Of a DNA stretch of 64,000 bases, positions 31,953-42,045 are shown in pieces. Within the stretch, counting starts at the first letter, position 1, and the number at the start of each line of letters is the position of its first letter. The notes under the pieces are model-generated. The model did not search any database, had not been told where the DNA came from, and worked only from the letters and a program-made list of their open reading frames with translations. Source of the stretch: an uncultured Nitrospirales bacterium (GTDB lineage Bacteria; Nitrospirota; Nitrospiria; Nitrospirales; UBA8639); the NCBI GenBank assembly GCA_963785905.1, contig CAWAXJ010000025.1:7451-71450 (forward strand), written 5' to 3'. Made by a program: the position numbers and the translations under genes.

Positions 31953-33056
31953 TTACAGCTTTACATCATCAGTAGTGGCAATTTCCACGTGGATAGGATG
32001 CACTTTGTCTCCATTCCTCACATTCTCCACACCTTCGAGGAGTATCTGCTCGTCTTTGGACAAACCCGATTCCACGACATAAAAATTTGGCAATCGCATT
32101 TTATAGACAATATTCCTTTGTTCCAGCACATTCTCTTGATTGACGACGTACACATACAATTTATCCTGAATTTCAAACGTGGATTTTTGTGGAATGACTA
32201 AGGCATTTTTCAGTGTTTTATTGACAATGACCTTACCATTGGCCCCTTGCTTTAACAGCCCATCAGGATTGGGGAACCTTGCCCTTAAGGCAATATTACC
32301 GGTTGCGTCATCGAGTTCACTTTCAATCATTTCTATTCTTCCCTCATGACCATACAGGACATGGTTGGCGAGCTCAAAACTCACAACGTTGGTCTCTTGT
32401 TCCCCGGCAGCAAGATAATTGAGGTAATCGATTTCTGATAGGTGAAAATAGGCGAATACCTCACGATTATCAGAAAGGGAGGTCAACATATCTCCTTCTG
32501 CAATCAAACTACCAACTTTTTTCGGAATCCGGTTGATAAAGCCGCCATAGGGGGCTTTGATTTGTGAAAACGAAAGATGTAAGGCTACCTGCTCTTGGTT
32601 GGCCACAGCTTCTTCTACGTCGGCTTTTAATGCATCAACTTTTGCTTGAATGACATGCAGCTCCGATTTAGACACAATATTTTTTTCTACCAACACGGTC
32701 ACGTTTGCTAATTCAACTTCGGCGACCTTCAAATCCGCCACCGCACTTTTATAGGCCGCATTCGCTTTTTGCAATTCTTTCTCAAATACGGTAAAGCTAA
32801 GGGCAAACAGCAACTGGCCTTGCTTTACCGGCTGTCCTTCGTCCACATATATTTTTTCAATGTAGCCTCTAATCTTGCTTCTTATCTCCACATACCCCAC
32901 CGACTGAATTTGGGCGACATATTTGCTGCTATAGGCCACGTCTTCGACGACTGGATAAATCACCTTGTGGGTATCGACAGTTTCAGGCTCTTTTTTATAC
33001 GTGCAGGATACCGTGAGTAAACATAGAGAAATAAACAGAACTAGGCTAATTTTCAT
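31953..33056 (-). CDS. RND efflux periplasmic adaptor (MFP), lipoprotein
   Basis: TVSC lipobox, GYIEKIYVDEGQPVKQGQLLF, IKAPYGG, RARFPNPD. Confidence 0.93.
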   Translation of the reverse strand: MKISLVLFISLCLLTVSCTYKKEPETVDTHKVIYPVVEDVAYSSKYVAQIQSVGYVEIRSKIRGYIEKIYVDEGQPVKQGQLLFALSFTVFEKELQKANAAYKSAVADLKVAEVELANVTVLVEKNIVSKSELHVIQAKVDALKADVEEAVANQEQVALHLSFSQIKAPYGGFINRIPKKVGSLIAEGDMLTSLSDNREVFAYFHLSEIDYLNYLAAGEQETNVVSFELANHVLYGHEGRIEMIESELDDATGNIALRARFPNPDGLLKQGANGKVIVNKTLKNALVIPQKSTFEIQDKLYVYVVNQENVLEQRNIVYKMRLPNFYVVESGLSKDEQILLEGVENVRNGDKVHPIHVEIATTDDVKL

Positions 33057-34475
33057 TTTAAGAACTTTTTCGAAGTGAAATTTTGAACAATAGAACAAAT
33101 TGTGTTGTGATGCTCCATACTATTACCGATTTGGGTTTTCAAAGCCGTTGAATTCTGAAGCAGGCAACATTTTGCTCCATTGACTCAATCACACTTTTTT
33201 CATTAGAAAACAGGCATAATCCAGGTAGGTAAAAATAGTAGAAGGGAGCGGTTACCCCATAGCTTAAAAACTAATGCTTTGATATCATTTTGAGTACAGT
33301 CTTACTGATAAAAAGAACTAAACAAGATAACAATTCATTTTCACAAATCAAGGCCATGCCGATTTGAGTGCAGGGAGGGATATACAGTCCTTACAACCAG
33401 CTTCCCCAAGACAAGAGCAGCACACAGCAAGGAATTTTTCCGCACCAGAACCGGCTTTCCTGAACGTAGGTCCAGAAGGGTTCGGCCCTGACAGACTACG
33501 GGTTAGCTCGGATTTGAAAGAAAGCCCGATTGATGACGTAAAGTAGTCGTCATAGATTTTTCCAGAAAACGGCTGCCTACTCTAAAAATTCGGCCCACTC
33601 TTTCTTAACGACAGAACAAATTTATACTTCCCCCGATCAACCACCTAGGCCTAAATACAAAGCTCTCAGTTATCTTCTTTTCATTCTCGATTTTTGGAAA
33701 GCGTGCGGGAGCTCAAATGGCAGAGGTCGATTCATCTTGTGCAAGATCAAAATCAGCTTGGCTGACTTCATTGACATCTGACATCATGCGCTGACAGATC
33801 AATCCGGACAGTATTGTAAACAAGGAATGCATTCCCGTCTACCTTAAGGCAGAGCAAACTATAAACCACAGCCTTGATCGACCAGGCTCCTTAAAAACTT
33901 CAAATAACTTCGCTGTATTTTCAGACGCCTTTTGAAAATAGATCCTTCGTGCCCCCGAACGCCCCGATCAGACGCGGCGAACCACCACGAAACCACGACG
34001 ACGTGAGGTTCCGGACATGCCATTTAAGAGAACCAGGCCAAGACTTTCCGCTAGAAAGATAAGGGATTTCCGGCTATCTTCACGACATAGACCGGAAAAA
34101 ACCACCAGGGAAAGACCCGTTCTTTTTCTCGAGCGAGAAGAACTGAAAAAAGAGCACAAAGACCAGAAACATTGGAACCTTATGAATGATGCCGGGCTGT
34201 CTTTGCTGGTAAAAACGGCAACTCGTGACTTAAATCCTAAGGGTCAAACAAAATCTGAAGCCTTAAACTCCCTGTGCAGCTTCCCATCCAGGAGTTCCTA
34301 TTTTGGAAGTTCAGTAAGTCTGGAGCTGATTTCGCTTGAGGAACGTTTTGATAATGCCCAATACATTCCGATTCCACGATTAAGTTTGAAGTACCACGTG
34401 TGAAAAGGGGCAGTAAGGAGCCAACAGTTAAAGAACGGTAGGCTCACTCAACCGCCTATACCCGTCCGCCGAGCG

Positions 34476-36012
34476 TTAGGTATCTTGCTTAATGGAGTGC
34501 GGTTCAGGGGAGGGGGAAGAAGACCATTCCACACAATAGTCCCGGCTTTCCTGCACATAGGTCCGAAAGGGATCGGCCATGACAAACACCGGAGCTCCCC
34601 CGGATTTGTAAGACCGACCAATTGATGACATAGGGTGGCATACGACGGTGCTGCCGGTCCTCATGCTCCTCATAAAGATCCGGCCAGGGTTTACTCGCTA
34701 AATGCCGAATGACTTCCCCACGGCCAAACGCACGGGTGTTGCGTGGCGGCTGCCGTTTTGCCAAATCGATCAAGTCATTCGTCGTGAAAGCGGGGCGCCT
34801 GACCTTCCTCCACCATACCATGGTACAATCCGGCCATCGGATCTACATTGTGATATTCCAAATCGAGGCTTTTCAACCAGGGATCGTCCCACTCTAATTT
34901 TTCCGCTTCCCGAAAGTTCTCCAACAACCAGAGCTTGGAGGCCCAGTCAACACGGCCGCACCACCGCCTGATAGCCCTTTCGTAAATCCTTCACCACGGA
35001 TTCCCAATGGGCCAATACCCAGTCGGTTTCCTCATCCTGCCCGGCATAGCGGTTAGCGGCAGCTTCCCAAAACTCTTCTTGTATGTCCAGGGCAGAGAGG
35101 GTTTTCCCATTTGAAAGGGTGACGATCCACTGTTGCTGAGGGTCGCGTGAAATGGCTCTCAGGGTCTGGACGGGATCATCGAAATCCAGCCCTTGCGGGG
35201 CATGACCTTCTTCGATCAACTGCAGCACCAATCCTGTCGTGCCCATCTTCAACAGTGTCGCTTCCTCGGCAATATTCGAATCGCCCATGAGCAGGTGCAA
35301 TCGGCGGAATCGTTCCGGATCGGCCAAGGGTTCGTCTCGGGTATTCACGATGGCCCGATTGTGCTGGACCCATTCAAAAAAGTCGTTGACGATATAATCC
35401 GGCCGTTGGGAAATTTGATAGATCACTGCCTCCTCGGCTGATTTCCGTGATCGGGCCATTCCCTGTCCTTCAATGTCGTCCAAGCCAATCCACCCTTCCA
35501 TAGAACGCGACGTCGCCGATTCGGCCGGCGCCGGTAAACACCTGGCGAGTGACGAGAAACGGCATCAGCAGCCCCAACCCTTCGTACGTAAACGGAAAGT
35601 CCCGCGTGACCAGATAATTTTCATGGCAGCCGAATGTGGCGTCCGTTTCATGATCAATATTATTTTTAATGATCGACACCACCTCGGTGAGCCCTAGGTC
35701 TTCCAGGCAATCCTGCAACAACAAATCTCCCGCACGGTCCACGGCCACCAAATCCCACAAGGAATGGCATTCAGGAGAAGCATATTCCAAATGTCCCATA
35801 TCGACATACATCCGCCCCGCATTCAGCAGAAAGCCTCCATTGCCGGGTGGCTCGTCATGCCCCCGATAATGCAAATCAATCACTCCGTGCTTTTTCTGAC
35901 CAAACAAGTGTTCGATGATCCGGCGGGCAATCCAGGAGGGAGACACATCCGGTTGGTCGGCCTTGATGAGCAGGCCATATTCGGTTTCAATGCCAAAGAT
36001 GCGATTCTGCAT
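34476..36012 (-). CDS. pafA: Pup/UBact-protein ligase PafA; about 4 frameshifts (~35490, ~34955, ~34790, ~34598)
   Basis: RIFGIETEYG, NAGRMYVDMGHLEYASPEC, GCHENYL, ISQRPD, NTRDEPLAD..RRLHL..GDSN; continues manually through DWASKLWLLE..LDLEYH..PPRNTRA to a stop at 34476. Confidence 0.88.
34531..34788 (-). repeat. Direct-repeat copy B (within the pafA 3' end)
   Basis: Near-identical to 26875-27132 with scattered substitutions and small indels. Confidence 0.9.
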
Positions 36013-36031
36013 GACGACCTTACCCCCACCG

Positions 36032-36851
36032 TTAGGTGGCAGGCTGGAACACCGAAGGAATGAATGGCTGAAGTTCAGTCTGGCTCAGAGTGCGATAGGT
36101 TTCCATTTTTCCGCTTTCCCGATCCAATAGCACACACTCCAGTGTTTGTTTGGACAGCGTTTCCCGAATCCGGGAGGCCACCGTCTCATCGTCGGGGATA
36201 GTGGACACGGCAGAGGTAATTCCAGAAGCGGTTTCCTGGCCTTCGTGATCAGGAGGACGATGCGAGGCTTGAAGCAGACTGGCGATCCCCCACAAACGGA
36301 GGCCTGTCTCCACCGCCGACTGCAACGAGGAGAGCGGACAACGGGTTTTCCATTCCTGATTGAGCGAGACCACGAATGGATGAAGAAGCCGCCAACAACC
36401 CAAACTCACGTTGTTCCTCAAACATCCCATCATAGTTGATGGTGAACATGCGGTCACGATCCTGGGTATTGCCGACTTCTGCCAGCAAAATTTTGGCAAT
36501 GTACGGGGCCTTGAAAATTTCTTCAAAGGCTTGTTTGATGACCGGCGCCAGGCCATTTTTCATGAGGCGGGAGGCGGTCACATCCGCGGGTGAGCGTTGA
36601 AACCCTTCAACGTGGGCCATGTCCAATAAGGTATACCGTAGTTTTTCAAGATCCGCCGGATGTCCCATCCCGCCTAAGGCGATGCGATCGTAAATTTCAT
36701 AGATCTTTTCCGTACCGCGATTGAACGTCAGCAGGAGAATCCCGTGTGCAAAGGAGACGCCGACCAATGGATTGCCTTGGATGAATTGATCGTCCAGATA
36801 CTGCCGCCGATTAGCGACGGCTTCTATCCAGCGATAGGGTTCTTCATACAT
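36032..36851 (-). CDS. prcA: 20S proteasome alpha subunit (frameshift near 36360)
   Basis: EKIYEIYDRIALGGMGH..DLEKLR; C-part LECVLLDR in the adjacent frame; position between prcB and pafA. Confidence 0.85.
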
Positions 36852-37636
36852 GGTTAAGAACCTTTTCTGAAAACAGCGTTTTCAACCGCTCGGCAGGAAT
36901 GGTTTTGACCCCATCGACCGAAATACGTTTGACGATGGGATATAGTTGGGCGTGCGCGTCTACCCCACCGGTAGCAGAATCAAACTCGGCGGCGCTGGTC
37001 ATCAGGCGGAGCACGAACGTCAGAGCTTCCTCTTCATCAAGACCGGCCACCGGACCACGCCCCCACCGGTTCATATAAAATAAAATACCTCGAATCGTGG
37101 AAGACCCCGATCCGGAGACGGCATATTCCACCGCCTCGAATTCCGCTCCTAAAATATCGTAGAAAAAAATTTTCCCGCATTCTTCAAGTGGGATCATACC
37201 CCGCAAAAATAGGCGCCACCGTCCCCGTCCCGGCCAGCGCCGCCGGCGCATTGTTTTTTAACAAGGTTGATAACGCACGCAACTTTCCTTCAAAACTCAA
37301 ATCCTGCAATTGGCTTCGGCGGTAATACTTAAAGGAATGCTCTAAGATCCTGGCCATTTCAAATGCAGTCGCAGGAACCCCTGCAATGGCTAAGACCGAA
37401 AACCGATCCAATTCCAGAACTTTATCCGTCCGGTCATACATGACCACATTGCCGGCGGTGGCCCGTCGATCACCAGCCACGAGCACTCCATCAGCATACT
37501 TCATAGCAAACACCGTGGTGCCGGTGGTCAGGTCAGGATGCCCTGACAGATCCTTCCCGTTAAAGGGTGGGCGAAGGTCGTCCACGGCATAGCCCTGTTC
37601 CCGCAGAACCTGAAGGAAATCTCCCTGTTGTCCCAT
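36844..37636 (-). CDS. prcB: 20S proteasome beta subunit (frameshift near 37190)
   Basis: Propeptide then G|TTVFAMKYADGVLVAGDRRATAG (catalytic Thr); SGSGS and DSATGG in the next frame. Confidence 0.9.
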
Positions 37637-37641
37637 GGCAT

Positions 37642-37858
37642 TTATTCCCCGGTCCGTTGGCGGTATTTTTCAGCCTGTTTGGGATCGACCTTGCGCATAC
37701 GCTTCATCAAATTATCGCGGGAAGGGGAATCCGTTTCCGGACGGGTCGGCCCTCGATCCTGATCGCCAGGTCCGGAAGGTTTGGAGAGCGGATCTGGCGG
37801 CCGTTCTCTGCGTTCAAGTCCTTCTCCAGACTTGGATATAGTCAAATGTACTTTCCAT
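37642..37858 (-). CDS. ubact: Ubiquitin-like protein UBact (Pup analogue)
   Basis: Disordered Pro/charged peptide ending LMKRMRKVDPKQAEKYRQRTGE, between dop and prcB. GGAGG RBS precedes ATG 37858, which is 1 nt out of frame with the called TTG 37845. Confidence 0.9.
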
Positions 37859-37882
37859 AAATCTCATCCTCCACATGAACTA

Positions 37883-39415
37883 TTACTTGACTGAATTTCC
37901 GACTGCCATGGATGCCATAATATCAGATGGAATCCGGGCTTGCTCCACCGCCGATCGGCAATGAGCCACGGACACCGGCTCAAGATGATCCTTCAAGTCG
38001 AGATGAAGATTTCCATTTGCGCCGCGAAAATGAATCCCTTCCCATTGGATCGACGTAATGTCCTCACCAAACCGTTGCACGCACAATCCGCGAAGCCCTC
38101 CACGAGTATCAAGTGGCCCATGGTTCATGGCTGTTCGAATCTCCTGCTCTTGGCACATCCGGGTCGTTCGCCCTTCGGCTTCTAATCCGAAAAACAGCCC
38201 CCGCTCCGGATCCAGGTTGTGATATTCCAAATCCAAGCTGGCAAGCCAGGGATCGTCCCAGTCGATGTGCTCATTCTGGATAAAGGTCTCCAGTAACCAC
38301 CATTTGGTCACCCAATCGATTTTTCCAATGAGCTGCAATCGATCCTGTTCGAGGGCCTCTAACACCGACTCCCATTCCTGAAGAATCCAGGCAGTCTCTT
38401 CATCCATCCGGCAAAAAAATTTCCTGGCCTGATTCAGATACTCCCGTTGAATATCCAATCCTGAGATGGTGCCGCCAGCCTGCCGTTTTACCAGAGTTTT
38501 CAATTCAGGATCGCGTGAGAGGGCGCGAATGGCATGCACCGGGGAGTCCAATTCACAAGGCGACAGGAGCCCTCCGGCGATCATATCCAACACGACCCGG
38601 GTCGTACCAATCTTCAAGGCCGTGGCATATTCGCACATGTTGGCGTCGCCCACGATAAGATGAAGTCGTCGATAGTGTTCCCGATTCGCATGCGGTTCAT
38701 CGCGGGTATTCAGGATGGGACGGTTGTGCATGGTATCCACACCCAATTCGGCTTCCATAAAGTCTGCCCGTTGAGACAATTGAAATCCGCCCGGCACAAA
38801 CCCGCGTTCTTGCGCTTCCCGGCCGACTTTGCCCGCCCCGGCAATCAATTGCCGGCTGACGAGAAACGGCATGAGCCCTCGAACCAGGTTTTCAAACTTG
38901 AGCGTCCGGGAAACCAAATAATTATCGTGGCATCCATAACTATGACCATGAAAATCCGTATTATTTTTATACAGCTGGAGCACACGTCCCCCCAGGACGT
39001 GGTTCCGGCGTTGTGCCGCCATCCAAAGGATCCGTTCGCCCGCCCGGTCATGCGCAACCATATCTGTGAGAGACCGGCATTCCGGCGTGGAATATTCGGG
39101 ATGCGTGTGGTCGTTATAAAACCGCGCTCCATTGGGTAGGACAAGATCACTTTTCATTTCATGGAAAGAAAAGGGCCGATGGGCATCCTGCTCGGCGAAG
39201 AGATCTTCTTCTTTATCCTGGGCTAACTCGGACACCCGAAACCCCCGTTGATCTTCATGGGGATGTTCGCCCTGATAATCCCAACGACGGGTAAAATGTC
39301 CGTCAAGATAGGCCCGGACCAATTCCATGGATTCCACCACGGGATCGGCCCTGTCGGAATCTTCCCGCGCAATACCATACTCGGTCTCAATGCCAAATAA
39401 GCGAACTGGATTCAT
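37883..39415 (-). CDS. dop: Depupylase/deamidase Dop
   Basis: LFGIETEYG, Dop-loop region WDY..E.P..D.RGF, LPNGARFYNDHTHPEYSTPEC, KNNTD, SQRADF, NTRDEPHA. Confidence 0.9.
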   Translation of the reverse strand: MNPVRLFGIETEYGIAREDSDRADPVVESMELVRAYLDGHFTRRWDYQGEHPHEDQRGFRVSELAQDKEEDLFAEQDAHRPFSFHEMKSDLVLPNGARFYNDHTHPEYSTPECRSLTDMVAHDRAGERILWMAAQRRNHVLGGRVLQLYKNNTDFHGHSYGCHDNYLVSRTLKFENLVRGLMPFLVSRQLIAGAGKVGREAQERGFVPGGFQLSQRADFMEAELGVDTMHNRPILNTRDEPHANREHYRRLHLIVGDANMCEYATALKIGTTRVVLDMIAGGLLSPCELDSPVHAIRALSRDPELKTLVKRQAGGTISGLDIQREYLNQARKFFCRMDEETAWILQEWESVLEALEQDRLQLIGKIDWVTKWWLLETFIQNEHIDWDDPWLASLDLEYHNLDPERGLFFGLEAEGRTTRMCQEQEIRTAMNHGPLDTRGGLRGLCVQRFGEDITSIQWEGIHFRGANGNLHLDLKDHLEPVSVAHCRSAVEQARIPSDIMASMAVGNSVK

Positions 39416-39474
39416 ACACTCAACGCTTTCAACGATACCTATCCCAACTGTCCGGGCTTTCTCGCAAAGGAGGC

Positions 39475-41244
39475 TTAAACAATTTGAGACGTCCGATGCT
39501 CTTCTCCATCTTTTCCAGGTTGTAACGAGGATATTCCGACAACCTGGTCAGGGTGATAGTCTAAGAGCTTCAACCATTCCTCGGCTGAATCATCTGGCGG
39601 AAAAATTTCACTCTCCTTGAATTCTTCATTGGTGGCAATAATGACATCCTCCAGGGTCAGACCCGCATGTTTTTCCTCGCCTGCTTGAATGGCCCGTTCA
39701 ATGGCCCGTTCTTTTGCCCGCCGGACGATTCCCGCCAACACCGCCCCACTTAACAAATCCCGCCGGTAAAGAATTTCACGCCGCCCGTTACGCAACCGGA
39801 TGGCCAACACTCGATTCTCCGGGGTCCGTTCAAAAATATTCTCTAACAAGCCTTCGACCATGTGTGTCACGGGATTCCTATCCTCTGTCCCACCTGCTGC
39901 GGCATCGTTTGAAGCATACGGCAGGTCAGCCGTCAAATAAACCTGCAAAATTTCTTCAGCATCTTTTCGCCCGGGTCGGCCGACTTTAATTTTTCGATCA
40001 ATTCTTCCAGGTCTCAGCACTGCCGGATCGATCATATCCGGTCGATTCGAGGCCAGGATCACGACCACCTGGGAAAGATTTTCAATGCCATCGAGTTCGG
40101 CACAAAACATCGGAACCAGCGTATTGGAGACATTGTACGATCGAACGGCCCGTCTAGTTCCCAAAATGGATTCGGCTTCATCGATGAAAATAAATGGCAA
40201 CTTTCCGGCTTCTCGCTGTTGTCTGGCCTGGAGAAACAAATCTCGAATAATCCGTTCCGATTCCCCGACCCACATATTCAGGACTTCCGGACCTTTGACA
40301 TGCAGAAAAATCCCCCCCTCAATCGGCGGAAGCCGGGAAGCGGAATCTTCCTCAGGAGACGTTGCCACTTCGCGGTGTTGGGCCAAGAGGTGTCCAAGGC
40401 TGGCGGCCGTGGCTTGCCCGATCAGCGTTTTTCCACATCCCGGAGGACCATACAGCAGGAATCCCTTTGGTTGCTGAAATTGATATCGGGCAAATAACCC
40501 TTCATGAAGGAGGGGATATTCAATGGACCGGCGAATAGCCCCAATGGCCTCCTGTTGCCCTCCTATATGTTCCCAACGCACAGTCGGTAATTCGGCTAAC
40601 AGATGGGATTGGGCTTGCGGATTCTCCAATCGTTCAACGGCTATCCGGTGCGTCGGGTCCAATCGGACCTCATCTCCCGCCTTCAGTGCCACATCGCCCA
40701 GATCATCGGCCCGTTGAATGAGAATGCCCTGCCGCCCCGCCTCCTGGTCGATACGCAGACGCCCGTCTTTCATGACCTCCCGAACTTTCACGATGGGACC
40801 ACTCCGGTCGTACCCGAGAGAACGGATCACCACATACGCTTCATTCACTAAAATCTGATGCCCGACCTTCAGAGAGTCCTTCTCAATCCTGGGATCGACA
40901 TTGGCATAGTATTCCGCCCCTCCGACCACGATCCGGGCTACTCCCTCCTCAGGTTGGCCGCACAACGTCCCGATGCGATTAGCCGGGGCAGTCAACTTCT
41001 CGATCACCCCCTGCATTTTTTTCATATCGGCTTCCTGCTGTTGGGAGGAAGTGGTTTGCTCAACGAGCCGGTGTCGAAGTTGGTAGAGCACGGGAATTCG
41101 TTGATCCCCTTCGGGCAGAGATGCCAGACACTGGTCTATGAGTTCCAGAGGAGTACTCCCAGAACTATGGGAAGATCGCGTGAATGACGATCCAGACGAT
41201 CGGGAAGAATCCTTAGGGAGAGAAAAACCTGATGAATCGCTCAT
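39475..41244 (-). CDS. arc: Proteasome-associated AAA ATPase ARC/Mpa
   Basis: N-terminal coiled coil + two OB-like domains, LLYGPPGCGKT, KGPEVLNMWVGESER, FIDEAES, SNRPDMIDPAVLRPGRID. Confidence 0.92.
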   Translation of the reverse strand: MSDSSGFSLPKDSSRSSGSSFTRSSHSSGSTPLELIDQCLASLPEGDQRIPVLYQLRHRLVEQTTSSQQQEADMKKMQGVIEKLTAPANRIGTLCGQPEEGVARIVVGGAEYYANVDPRIEKDSLKVGHQILVNEAYVVIRSLGYDRSGPIVKVREVMKDGRLRIDQEAGRQGILIQRADDLGDVALKAGDEVRLDPTHRIAVERLENPQAQSHLLAELPTVRWEHIGGQQEAIGAIRRSIEYPLLHEGLFARYQFQQPKGFLLYGPPGCGKTLIGQATAASLGHLLAQHREVATSPEEDSASRLPPIEGGIFLHVKGPEVLNMWVGESERIIRDLFLQARQQREAGKLPFIFIDEAESILGTRRAVRSYNVSNTLVPMFCAELDGIENLSQVVVILASNRPDMIDPAVLRPGRIDRKIKVGRPGRKDAEEILQVYLTADLPYASNDAAAGGTEDRNPVTHMVEGLLENIFERTPENRVLAIRLRNGRREILYRRDLLSGAVLAGIVRRAKERAIERAIQAGEEKHAGLTLEDVIIATNEEFKESEIFPPDDSAEEWLKLLDYHPDQVVGISSLQPGKDGEEHRTSQIV

Positions 41245-41360
41245 CGTCTATTCCATTCTATGGGAAAGTGAAGGTCCAGATTAACCATTGAGCCCAACTG
41301 ATGCTCTGCGCGACATCGGTCCTTATCATTCTACAATGTTTGCAGACCATTACCCAAGGT

Positions 41361-41395
41361 AAAAAAAATGGGGGATCCATTGCCGGACCCCCCAC
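41361..41395 (-). terminator. Intrinsic terminator after the RRM gene
   Basis: GGGGTCC-GGCAAT-GGATCCCC hairpin plus T8 on the minus strand. Confidence 0.75.
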
Positions 41396-41431
41396 TTCTA
41401 TTGTTGACACAATGTTGAGTGACTCAGTGCC

Positions 41432-41764
41432 TTACCACCGGTCTCCGCCACCACCGCGATTTCCACCGCCGCCACGATTCCCTCCTCCGCCACCGCCACC
41501 AAATCCGGTTCGAGGAGCCTGCGGTTTCGCTTCATTGACGGTCAGAGTACGACCTCCCAATTCCGTTCCATTCAGCGCATCAATGGCGGTCTTGGCTTCA
41601 GCATCCGACGCCATTTCGACAAAACCAAATCCTCGCGATTGGCCGGTGTACTTATCCGTAATGATTTTGGCCGACGTTACGGCGCCATGTTGCCCAAACA
41701 GGTCAGCCAATTCCTGCTCTGCTGTGGAATACGGCAAACCACCCACATAGATCTTTGAACCCAT
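41432..41764 (-). CDS. RRM RNA-binding protein with Gly-rich tail
   Basis: KIYVGGL (RNP2), RGFGFVEM (RNP1), GGGGNRGG tail. Confidence 0.95.
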   Translation of the reverse strand: MGSKIYVGGLPYSTAEQELADLFGQHGAVTSAKIITDKYTGQSRGFGFVEMASDAEAKTAIDALNGTELGGRTLTVNEAKPQAPRTGFGGGGGGGNRGGGGNRGGGGDRW

Positions 41765-42045
41765 CGGGGTCCCTCCTTCTCAATGCGATATTGTTTTGCA
41801 CGGTTCGAGGAGATGAGAAGGGAAGGAACGGCCCGAGAACGCAAAAGAGGTGGCGACTTAGGACTAACTTCCGATCAGATTCCTGGCGGATTCCTGGGCA
41901 AAACAACATCAGTGATGGGCCACGCCATACAAACCATTCATCACAGGGCCCGAACGTCGTGATGAATATCTTGTCGATAGCATAAGTCAGAATGGGAAAT
42001 ATTGCAACAATGACCAGAGAAAAAGCTATTTCAAACGAGGCATCG

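Noticed and set aside
26868-34788. Intact prophage, ICE or composite transposon
   Set aside because: No integrase, transposase, phage or conjugation genes are visible; only the direct repeat and cargo.
34476-37858. Programmed ribosomal frameshifting in the proteasome genes
   Set aside because: No consistent slippery heptamer or stimulator, and similar indels occur in unrelated housekeeping genes.
38534-39139. 201-aa plus-strand ORF (likewise 60877-61458 and 30125-30649)
   Set aside because: Antisense to well-supported genes (dop, CBS protein, RND permease).
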